Shown: in pieces, positions 8,238-15,379 of the stretch
Layout: every line of letters starts with the position of its first letter
How positions within the stretch are numbered: the first letter of the stretch is position 1
Program-made: the position numbers and the translations under genes
Notes under the pieces: model-generated
Databases searched by the model: none
Seen by the model: the letters and a program-made list of their open reading frames with translations, nothing else
Told to the model about the DNA's origin: nothing
DNA from: Pumilibacteraceae bacterium
GTDB lineage: Bacteria > Bacillota > Clostridia > Christensenellales > Pumilibacteraceae
Direction of reading: 5' to 3'
NCBI GenBank assembly: GCA_045532295.1
Contig: JAZSFP010000004.1
Location: forward strand, 796 to 24,795
DNA length: 24,000 bases

Positions 8238-8894
8238 TTACTCCTTAATATCGTAATATTTGCTTTGAAGGACGAGGGGGAACGCTCCCTCCATTTCCAC
8301 GGCAGAAGTCGTGAAAAGCACCTTTAGTCCCGTCAAAGCGGAAAGTCTTTCGCACTCGTCTTTAGTCGCTAAGATATCGTTTGCGGTAGTCTCGTCGCCG
8401 AGGTTAGAGTTGTTGATGATTGCGGTGAACTTGATTTTGCACGCGCTCTCAATCTCACGCATAACCTCGATAGCGTCCTCCGCCGTTCTCGTTAGCGGAC
8501 GATAAAAGTTAGCCACGAAACACATTTCGTAATTGTTTTCTTCTAAAATATAGGGGGTATATCTTCCCAGCGCGTACGCTCCTCTATCGTCGCCACCGAC
8601 GTCAATTATTGCAACCGTATTGCGATTTTGGAACATTGAGTACGCTTCGGGAGGAAGGGAAGGAAGGTCTACGTTAGTGTTAGCGAAAGCAGGAAGAATA
8701 ACTTTTACGCCCTTCTCCACTAACTCTCTTTCGCTATCCGCCGAGCGAAAATAGGGGTTGACGATATCAAGGTCAGCGAGCGTTACCGCTTTCCCCTCGC
8801 CCTTTAGCGCGAGCGCGAGGTTGACCGCAATATTCGTTTTTCCGCTACCGTAATGCCCTGCGATTATATAGACGCGCTTGTCTACGCCTTGCAT
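8238..8894 (-). CDS. P-loop NTPase of the MinD/ParA/CooC-like (SIMIBI) type, function unknown
   Basis: 218 aa with Walker A GHYGSGKT at residues 13-20, then LADLDIVNP and the Walker-B-like AIIDVGGDD. It overlaps the ilvE 3' end by 13 nt, which suggests translational coupling. Confidence 0.7.
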   Translation of the reverse strand: MQGVDKRVYIIAGHYGSGKTNIAVNLALALKGEGKAVTLADLDIVNPYFRSADSERELVEKGVKVILPAFANTNVDLPSLPPEAYSMFQNRNTVAIIDVGGDDRGAYALGRYTPYILEENNYEMCFVANFYRPLTRTAEDAIEVMREIESACKIKFTAIINNSNLGDETTANDILATKDECERLSALTGLKVLFTTSAVEMEGAFPLVLQSKYYDIKE

Positions 8895-9961
8895 ACCTTA
8901 CACATCCAGCCGTGAGTATCCTCTACCTTGCCCCACTGAATACCCGTTAAGTTGTCGTAGAGTTTTTGAGTGAGCGCGCCGATTTCGTTATTCGATACGG
9001 TGTACTCAACGCCGTCGTAGAAGAGTTTGCCGATGGGCGAAACGACTGCCGCCGTTCCCGTTCCCCAAGCCTCTTCAAGTTTGCCTTCTTTTGCCGCGGT
9101 AAAGAGTTCGTCGACGGAGAAAAGGCGTTCTTCAACCTCGTAGCCCCACTCTTTGAGAAGTTCTACGCAAGACTTTCTGGTAATACCGGGAAGAACCGAG
9201 CCGGTGAGCGCAGGCGTGATAATCTTTCCGTCCACTTTGAACATTACGTTCATACTGCCTACTTCTTCGATATACTTTCTGTCTACGCCGTCAAGCCAAA
9301 GAACTTGGGTATAACCGTTCTCTTCCGCTCTCTTGCCTGCTCTAAGGGAGGCTGCGTAGTTACCACCGCACTTAGCGTAACCCGTACCACCGCGAACCGC
9401 TCTGACGTCGCTTTGCTCGATAGCGATTTTAACGGGGTTAATGCCCTCTGCGTAGTACGCGCCAACGGGCGAGCAGATTACCACGAACATAGCCTCGTGT
9501 ACTGCGTGAACGCCAAGGTGTGGGTCGTTACCGTACATATAGGGACGAAGGTAAAGGGAAGTTCCCTCGCTGTGAGGAACCCAGTCCTTTTCCACTTCTA
9601 CGATAGTCTTTAAGATATCAAGGCAAGCCTCTTCGTCGATTTGGGGCAAGCAAAGACGCTCCGCGCTATTGTTGAGACGGCGAATATTCTCTAAAGGACG
9701 GAACATTGCAATCTCGTTTTGGGCAGTTCTATAAGCCTTCATACCCTCGAAAATCTCCGCGCCGTAGTGAAGAACGGTGGACGCTGGATGAACGGGGATA
9801 GGCGCGAAAGGTACGATTTGAGCGTCGTACCAGCCCTTGTCCTCCGACCACTTCATAATAAACATATGGTCGGTAAACACTCTACCAAAACCCAGTTTGC
9901 TCTCGTCTTGAGGTTTTTGCTTGGGACTTGTCGTCTTAGTAATTTTAATATCGAATTTCAT
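8882..9961 (-). CDS. ilvE: Branched-chain-amino-acid aminotransferase (fold-type IV)
   Basis: 359 aa with FEGMKAYR, SLYLRP, GTGYAKCGGNYAASL, LPGITR and GTAAVVSPI. AGAGAGG lies 8 nt upstream of the ATG. Only 29 nt separate it from the upstream ligase gene, and that gap has no hairpin. Confidence 0.9.
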   Translation of the reverse strand: MKFDIKITKTTSPKQKPQDESKLGFGRVFTDHMFIMKWSEDKGWYDAQIVPFAPIPVHPASTVLHYGAEIFEGMKAYRTAQNEIAMFRPLENIRRLNNSAERLCLPQIDEEACLDILKTIVEVEKDWVPHSEGTSLYLRPYMYGNDPHLGVHAVHEAMFVVICSPVGAYYAEGINPVKIAIEQSDVRAVRGGTGYAKCGGNYAASLRAGKRAEENGYTQVLWLDGVDRKYIEEVGSMNVMFKVDGKIITPALTGSVLPGITRKSCVELLKEWGYEVEERLFSVDELFTAAKEGKLEEAWGTGTAAVVSPIGKLFYDGVEYTVSNNEIGALTQKLYDNLTGIQWGKVEDTHGWMCKVCKA

Positions 9962-9990
9962 AATATATACCTCTCTAAAAATAGTATAAT

Positions 9991-12285
9991 CTATAATTTA
10001 TTTCTTTGGATTTTACCCGAAGTCGTCTTGGGAAGTTCGTCGCGGAATACGACTACTCTGGGGTACTTATAAGGCGCGGTGCGTTCTTTAACGTAGGCTT
10101 GGATTTCCTTTTTGAGTTCTTCCGTGCCCTCCGTTCCCTTAACGAGCACTATGCTCGCCTTAACTACTTGACCGCGAACCTCGTCGGGCTGAGCGGAAAC
10201 GCCACACTCAAGCACGTAGGGAAGTTCCATAATGACGTTCTCGATTTCAAAAGGTCCGATGCGGTAACCAGACGACTTAATAACGTCGTCAACGCGTCCT
10301 ACGTACCAGTAATAGCCGTCCTCGTCGCGCCAAGCGGTGTCGCCCGTATGGTAATATCCGTCGTGCCAACACTCCGCCGTCTTTTCCTCGTCGTCGTAGT
10401 AGCCCACGAACAAGCCGTTGGGTTTGCCGTGCTCGGTCTTGATACAGATTTCGCCCACTTCGCCCACCGCGGTAGGTTTGCCGTCGGCGTCGAGAAGTTT
10501 AATGTCGTATAGGGGTACGGGCTTACCCATTGAGCCAAGGCGCGAGGTCGTGCCTGCAAGGTTAGCAAGCGCAACGGTGGTTTCCGTTTGACCAAAGCCC
10601 TCCATAATCTGAAGTCCCGTTGCCTTTTCAAACTGACGGAAAACTTCGGGGTTGAGCGCCTCGCCGGCAGTTGACATATGCTCGATTGAGGAAAGGTCGA
10701 AGTTGGAAAGGTCTTGCTTTATCATCATTCTAAGCATAGTCGGGGGAGCACAGAAAGTGGTTATATGGTACTTTGCGAACATAGGCATAATGTCGTTTGC
10801 GTCGAAACGGTCAAAGTCGTAAACGAACAGTCCCGCCTCGCAAAGCCATTGTCCGTAAAGTTTACCCCACGCTGCCTTTGCCCAACCCGTGTCGGATATG
10901 GTAAGGTGTAGTCCGTCGGGGTTTACCGAGTGCCAGTACTTTGCGGTTATAAAGTGTCCTAAGGGGTACTTGTAGTTGTGCATAGCAATCTTGGGATTGC
11001 CGGTAGTACCCGAGGTAAAGTACATAAGCATTATATCGTCTCCGCAAGGAGCGTCCTCGCCTCTTTCAAGTTTGCCCGTATAGAGCGTATACTCTTCGTC
11101 GAAGGTTCTCCAGCCCTCACGCTTGCCGTTGACCATAATGATATGCTCGAGCGAGGGAGCGTTCTCTTTTGCCTTTTCCACCTCGAAAGACACTTCGCCG
11201 TCAGCGGTACAAAGGATTGCTTTTACGCCCGCTTTGTTAAGACGGTAAGTAATATCGTGCTCTTTAAGTTGGTTGGTAGCGGGGATTGCGATTGCGCCGA
11301 TCTTGTGAAGAGCGACCATAGCGAACCAGAACTGATAGTGGCGTTTGAGGATAAGCATTACCCTATCGCCTTTCTTAATTCCAAGCGCCTTGAAGTAGTT
11401 TGCGCACTGGTTAGAGGCGCGTTTAAGGTCGTGGAAAGTAATTCTTCGCTCCGTTTTGTCGTTCGATATATGCATAAGCGCGGTCTTGTCGGGGTCTTTG
11501 TCCGCAATAGCGTCCACCACGTCAAAGCCGAAGTTAAAGGTATCGTCGTTTCTAAAGGATATGGAAGTAGGTACTCCTCTCCCGTCCTCGGTAGTCGTGA
11601 TATACTTTTCCCAAACGCGTTTTCCCTCGTCCTTTTTCTTGGGAGGCGCGAACACCACGTCGGGCTCGTTGATTTTTGCGTGGGTAATGGTAGAAACGGA
11701 CTCGCGAGCAGGGTTAAGAACGAACGCGTAGAACACGCAGTCTGCGTTGTCCACCGCTATCATACCGTGAGGAACGGAACTGTCGTAGTAAATGCTGTCG
11801 CCCTCGCGGAGAATTTCGATATGATTTCCTACCTGTACTTTTAACGCGCCCGATACTACCACGTCGCACTCTTGTCCTTCGTGCGAGGTTAGTTCTATGG
11901 GCTTATTTTGTTGGAGAGGGTCGTACGAGGACACTACGAACAACGGCTCGGCAATTCTGTTCTTAAAGGCGGAGGCGAGGTTATAGTAAACCATACCGTG
12001 AGCCTTTTGAATTTCTTGACCTTCGCCCTTTCGCGTTACCGTGTATCCTGCAAGTCGAGGACCGCTACCGTCGATAATTTCGGTTACGTCAACCTTTAAA
12101 GCGGCTGCGCAACGGTACAAAAAGGCAAAGTTAAGGTCGCTACTACCGTTCTCGCAAGAGGCGTACTCTTCTTCGCTTACGCCCGTCTTTTGCGCCATTT
12201 CTTCAATCGAAAGTCCTTCGATTTCACGCAAAGTGCGAATACGCTGTGCCATCTCCATTATTTTGCTTTCTAAACTGTTAAACAT
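9991..12285 (-). CDS. Fusion protein: XRE-type HTH + cupin + AMP-forming acyl-CoA synthetase (medium-chain/ACSM-like), paralog 1 (Val T-box controlled)
   Basis: 764 aa counted from ATG 12285 (AGGAG 6 nt upstream); the track's extra 14 codons lie in the leader. The HTH is RIRTLREIEGLSIEEMAQKTGVSEEEYASCENG. The cupin is HEGQECDVVVSGALKVQVGNHIEILREGDSIYYDSSVPHGM. Ligase motifs are FTSGTTGNPK, SDTGW, GFGQTET, YHTGD, SSGYRIGPFEIE and PKTTSGKIQR. Confidence 0.85.
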   Translation of the reverse strand: MFNSLESKIMEMAQRIRTLREIEGLSIEEMAQKTGVSEEEYASCENGSSDLNFAFLYRCAAALKVDVTEIIDGSGPRLAGYTVTRKGEGQEIQKAHGMVYYNLASAFKNRIAEPLFVVSSYDPLQQNKPIELTSHEGQECDVVVSGALKVQVGNHIEILREGDSIYYDSSVPHGMIAVDNADCVFYAFVLNPARESVSTITHAKINEPDVVFAPPKKKDEGKRVWEKYITTTEDGRGVPTSISFRNDDTFNFGFDVVDAIADKDPDKTALMHISNDKTERRITFHDLKRASNQCANYFKALGIKKGDRVMLILKRHYQFWFAMVALHKIGAIAIPATNQLKEHDITYRLNKAGVKAILCTADGEVSFEVEKAKENAPSLEHIIMVNGKREGWRTFDEEYTLYTGKLERGEDAPCGDDIMLMYFTSGTTGNPKIAMHNYKYPLGHFITAKYWHSVNPDGLHLTISDTGWAKAAWGKLYGQWLCEAGLFVYDFDRFDANDIMPMFAKYHITTFCAPPTMLRMMIKQDLSNFDLSSIEHMSTAGEALNPEVFRQFEKATGLQIMEGFGQTETTVALANLAGTTSRLGSMGKPVPLYDIKLLDADGKPTAVGEVGEICIKTEHGKPNGLFVGYYDDEEKTAECWHDGYYHTGDTAWRDEDGYYWYVGRVDDVIKSSGYRIGPFEIENVIMELPYVLECGVSAQPDEVRGQVVKASIVLVKGTEGTEELKKEIQAYVKERTAPYKYPRVVVFRDELPKTTSGKIQRNKL

Positions 12286-12353
12286 AATTACTCCTATAAG
12301 TAAGCGAATAATAAGGCTATCGTTCAATAGACATAGGCTATGGAACAGAGCCT

Positions 12354-12626
12354 ACAAAAAACGCTCGTCTCAAAAAATCATCTTTGAGACGAGCATACTT
12401 TTCCGTATTACCCGCGGTACCACTCAAATTGCGCAAGCGCGCCACCTCAGGCTCAAACAAGCCGTAGACTTTTACGCAGTCGTCACGGGAAGGTTCTAAT
12501 AGGGCGAGCGCCCGTTCTTCCTTCCGACTCGGAAGTTACAGTTCTTTTCTCACTTTAACGGTTCACACCTTCGTCCGTCTCTCTGAAAAGTTACCCAAAA
12601 AGAACACTCTTCGTCACAGTCTTTAC
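12354..12626 (-). promoter_or_regulatory. T-box riboswitch leader, specifier GUA (Val)
   Basis: Read on the minus strand. GA/K-turn: GACT-GTGAC-GAAG pairs with CTTC-CGA-GTC. AG bay: AGAGAG. Distal stem ACGG/CCGT has a loop containing GGTGTGA. Specifier loop: GAAC-U-GUA-A-CUUC, with the codon at the complement of 12537-12539. T-box motif: AATTTGAGTGGTACCGCGGG (complement of 12411-12430). Terminator: GCTCGTCTCAA/TTGAGACGAGC (12363-12394) plus GTTTTTTGT. TTTGAG of the T-box can pair with CTCAAA of the terminator 5' arm to form the antiterminator. Confidence 0.9.
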
Positions 12627-12632
12627 GGGGCA

Positions 12633-12661
12633 ATTATACCATTTTTAATATGGTTTGTCAA
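12633..12661 (-). promoter_or_regulatory. Consensus SigA-type promoter of the Val T-box unit
   Basis: Minus strand: TTGACA (12661-12656), a 17 nt spacer, then TATAAT (12638-12633) preceded by TGg (extended -10). It starts 45 nt downstream of the paralog-2 stop codon. Confidence 0.85.
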
Positions 12662-12706
12662 CGATTTTTCAAAGGTTTCTTACATTATTTATACTATACT
12701 ATATAA

Positions 12707-14974
12707 TTATAATTTATTTCTTTGGATTTTACCCGAGATAGTCTTGGGCAGTTCGTCGCGGAAGACTACGATACGGGGGTACTTATAGGGCGCGGTATGG
12801 GACTTAACGTAGGCTTGGATTTCCTTTTTAAGTTCTTCCGTTCCCACCGTTCCTTTGGTTAAAACTACGCTCGCCTTAACTACCTGACCACGAATATCGT
12901 CGGGCTCGGGGGACACGGCGCACTCAAGCACGTAGGGAAGTTCCATAATAACGCTCTCGATTTCAAAAGGTCCGATGCGGTAGCCAGACGACTTGATAAC
13001 GTCGTCTTTACGGCTAACGTACCAAAAATATCCGTCCTCGTCGCGCCAAGCGGTGTCGCCCGTGTGGTAAACGCCGTCGTGCCAAGCGTCAGCGGTAAGG
13101 TCTTCCGCTCTGTAATATTCCTTGAAAAGTCCACAGGGAACGGACTCGTCGGTATGGATAACGATTTCGCCCGTCTCACCGTTGGGAAGAGAATTGCCCT
13201 CGTCGTCCACGATATCCACTCTGTACTGGGGCGACGCTTTACCCATCGAGCCGATTTTGGGCGTCGTTCCGCGGAGGTTACAGATAGTAAGCGTGGTTTC
13301 CGTTTGGCCAAAGCCCTCCATAATCTTAAGCCCCGTAGCGTGCTCGAACTGACGGTAAACCTCGGGGTTGAGCGCCTCGCCTGCCGTGGTCATATGATGA
13401 ACGGAGGAAAAATCGTACTTTCCAAGGTCGCTCTTTATGAACATTCTGAGCATAGTTGGGGGAGCGCAGAAGGTCGTGATTTGGTACTTTGCGAACATAG
13501 GAAGGATTTCCTCTGCCTTGAAGACGTCGAAGTCGTAAACGAACACCGCGCCTTCGCAAAGCCATTGACCGTACAGTTTGCCCCAGAGCGATTTGCCCCA
13601 GCCCGTATCGGAAATGGTAAAGTGTAGTCCGTCGCGCTCGCAGTTATGCCAGTATTTAGCGGTAACGTAATGTCCAAGCGCGTAGGTGTGCTTGTGAGCC
13701 GCCATTTTAGGATTGCCCGTCGTTCCAGAAGTGAAGAACATAAGCGCGGTATCCTCGCCGGCAGAGGCGTTCTCTGCGCGGTCGAACTTGCTCGAAAAAC
13801 GCGTGTACTCTTCGTTAAAGTTATGCCAGCCCTCTTTTTCGCCGTTGACGAGCAACTTAACTTCCACGGAAGGACAGTTCTTCGACGCGCGCTCGGCAAT
13901 GTCGGAAACGTCGCCGTCGGCAGTACAAACGATAGCCTTTACGCTCGCTGCGTTAAAGCGGTATTCAAAGTCGTGCTCTTTGAGTTGGTTGGTAGCAGGG
14001 ATTGCGACCGCGCCGATTTTATGAAGAGCGACCATAGCGAACCAGAACTGATAATGGCGTTTAAGCACGAGCATTACCTTATCCCCTCTCTTAATTCCAA
14101 GCGAGAGGAAGTAGTTCGCGCACTGGTTAGAGGCTTTTTTGATATCCTTAAAGGTAAATCTGCGCTCCGTTAAATCACGGCTTATATGGAGCATAGCAAG
14201 TTTATCGGGGTACTTATTCGCAATCTCGTCCACAACGTCAAAGCCGAAGTTAAAGGTGTCGGTATTCTTGAACTTAATGTCGGTAAGAGTGCCGTTCTCG
14301 TCCTCGGTGGTCTCGACGAACTTCTCGCAAATAAGTTCCTCGGACTCCTGATGCGCCACTACGCTCTTTCTTACTACCTCTTCCTTGGTGTCCTCGCCGG
14401 GAAGAACTACCGCGCAGAACACGCAGTCGCGTCCGCCGATTGCTATCATACCGTGAGGGGTGGACGAATTATAGTAAATGCTGTCGCCCTCGTTAAGAAT
14501 TTCCGTATGCTCGCCGATTTGTACTTTAAGCGAACCCTCTAAAACGAGGTCGAACTCTTGACCGCCGTGGGTGGTAAGGTGGATAGGCTTATTCTGTTGC
14601 GACGCAGAATACTCGTATCTTACCCAGTAAGGCTGAGCAATTTTATCGCGGAACTTGGGCGCAAGGTTCTTAATGTCGATGCCCTCTTCTTTAGCCGTCG
14701 ACTGTCCCTGTCCCTTTCTCGTTACCGTATAAGAAGATAGGTTCGCAGCGTTACCTTCAAGAAGTTCGGTAAGTTCTACGCCGAAAACTAACGCGCATTT
14801 ATGAATAAATGAAAAGGGAATATCTATTCGACCAGACTCGTATTTAATGTAATCGCTCTCGCTAACTTCAGCGCGATTTGCCATTTCCGATACCGAAAAT
14901 CCCATTACGTTACGCATTTCTTTGATACGCTGGGCAACTTCCGTCAGTCTGTTCATAGTGTTCTTGTCTTCCAT
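12707..14974 (-). CDS. Fusion protein: XRE-type HTH + cupin + AMP-forming acyl-CoA synthetase, paralog 2 (Ile T-box controlled)
   Basis: 755 aa counted from ATG 14974 (AAGGAG 9 nt upstream). The track's extra 43 codons run through the T-box terminator. The architecture and motifs match paralog 1 (FTSGTTGNPK, SDTGW, GFGQTET, YHTGD, SSGYRIGPFEIE, PKTISGKIQR), and both share the C-terminal end SGKIQRNKL. Confidence 0.85.
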   Translation of the reverse strand: MEDKNTMNRLTEVAQRIKEMRNVMGFSVSEMANRAEVSESDYIKYESGRIDIPFSFIHKCALVFGVELTELLEGNAANLSSYTVTRKGQGQSTAKEEGIDIKNLAPKFRDKIAQPYWVRYEYSASQQNKPIHLTTHGGQEFDLVLEGSLKVQIGEHTEILNEGDSIYYNSSTPHGMIAIGGRDCVFCAVVLPGEDTKEEVVRKSVVAHQESEELICEKFVETTEDENGTLTDIKFKNTDTFNFGFDVVDEIANKYPDKLAMLHISRDLTERRFTFKDIKKASNQCANYFLSLGIKRGDKVMLVLKRHYQFWFAMVALHKIGAVAIPATNQLKEHDFEYRFNAASVKAIVCTADGDVSDIAERASKNCPSVEVKLLVNGEKEGWHNFNEEYTRFSSKFDRAENASAGEDTALMFFTSGTTGNPKMAAHKHTYALGHYVTAKYWHNCERDGLHFTISDTGWGKSLWGKLYGQWLCEGAVFVYDFDVFKAEEILPMFAKYQITTFCAPPTMLRMFIKSDLGKYDFSSVHHMTTAGEALNPEVYRQFEHATGLKIMEGFGQTETTLTICNLRGTTPKIGSMGKASPQYRVDIVDDEGNSLPNGETGEIVIHTDESVPCGLFKEYYRAEDLTADAWHDGVYHTGDTAWRDEDGYFWYVSRKDDVIKSSGYRIGPFEIESVIMELPYVLECAVSPEPDDIRGQVVKASVVLTKGTVGTEELKKEIQAYVKSHTAPYKYPRIVVFRDELPKTISGKIQRNKL

Positions 14975-15042
14975 TTTTCTAATCTCCTTTTTATTTTTTA
15001 AGGCTGTGAGCGGAGGGGGCAAATAGTCTTTAAGGCGAAGAC

Positions 15043-15315
15043 CTAAAAAACCCATCTCAATGATTCTAACATTGAGACGGGTTAAAATAACTCGCGGTAC
15101 CACTCAACTTGCATAAAAAATTATGCCACTTATCAGGTTCAAACAAACCCTACGCACTAACGCAGCGGACTCGGAAAGCGCCTACTAAAGCAATCGCTCT
15201 TTGGGGCTTTCGGCTCGGAAGTGATAGGTCTTGCGGACTCTTCGTTTATCGGTTCTCAGCAACCCGACTCTCTGGAAAACTATTTATCCAACCGTCTTCG
15301 TCACAGCCTTTATAT
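15043..15315 (-). promoter_or_regulatory. T-box riboswitch leader, specifier AUC (Ile)
   Basis: Read on the minus strand. GA/K-turn: GGCT-GTGAC-GAAG pairs with CTTC-CGA-GCC. AG bay: AGAGAG. Distal stem TCGG/CCGA has a loop containing GCTGAGA. Specifier loop: GACC-U-AUC-A-CUUC, with the codon at the complement of 15223-15225. T-box motif: AAGTTGAGTGGTACCGCGAG (complement of 15091-15110). Terminator: ACCCGTCTCAATG/CATTGAGATGGGT (15050-15082) plus TTTTTTAGG. Confidence 0.9.
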
Positions 15316-15321
15316 GCGCCT

Positions 15322-15350
15322 ATTATAGCACTACGCTTTTTCTTTGTCAA
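15322..15350 (-). promoter_or_regulatory. Consensus SigA-type promoter of the Ile T-box unit
   Basis: Minus strand: TTGACA (15350-15345), a 17 nt spacer, then TATAAT (15327-15322) preceded by TGc. It begins 30 nt after the amidohydrolase stop. Confidence 0.85.
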
Positions 15351-15379
15351 CGATTTTACAAGGGTTTTTTAAATTTTTT

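Noticed and set aside
8882-9961. Reading the ilvE-oxidoreductase cluster as a catabolic BCAA-fermentation operon
   Set aside because: This is not fully excluded, but it is disfavoured. The cluster lies downstream of a T-box that turns on under Val starvation. It is also paired with AMP-forming, activation-direction ligases rather than phosphotransacylase/kinase or ADP-forming synthetases. Induction of catabolism by amino-acid scarcity would be counter-intuitive.
9962-9990. Possible independent promoter for ilvE (TATACT-like hexamer in the 29-nt gap)
   Set aside because: There is no acceptable -35 at 16-18 nt spacing. The same sequence context follows the paralog-2 stop as part of the duplication. 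It is left as an open question under the read-through finding rather than called as a feature.
10978-11844. 288-aa plus-strand ORF, with similar ones at 10006-10512, 13064-13627, 13646-14173 and 14186-14542
   Set aside because: All are antisense to the two acyl-CoA synthetase paralogs, whose minus-strand frames carry the complete set of adenylate-forming motifs. The shadow ORFs recur in both paralogs simply because the genes are duplicated.
12286-12327. N-terminal extensions of the two ligase ORFs given in the track (to 12327 and to 15103)
   Set aside because: The extensions have no RBS and run into the T-box leaders; the second crosses the terminator hairpin and the T-box motif. Internal ATGs at 12285 and 14974 have AGGAG or AAGGAG at proper spacing and align with each other just before the HTH.
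12536-12544. Alternative specifier readings in the Val leader: CUG (Leu) or UGU (Cys) within GAACUGUAACUUC
   Set aside because: The rule that the specifier is followed by a purine immediately before the closing helix gives GUA-A-CUUC. The same register (U-NNN-R-helix) gives AUC and CUC in the other two leaders, forming a coherent BCAA set. This remains an assignment by eye until a covariance-model alignment confirms it.
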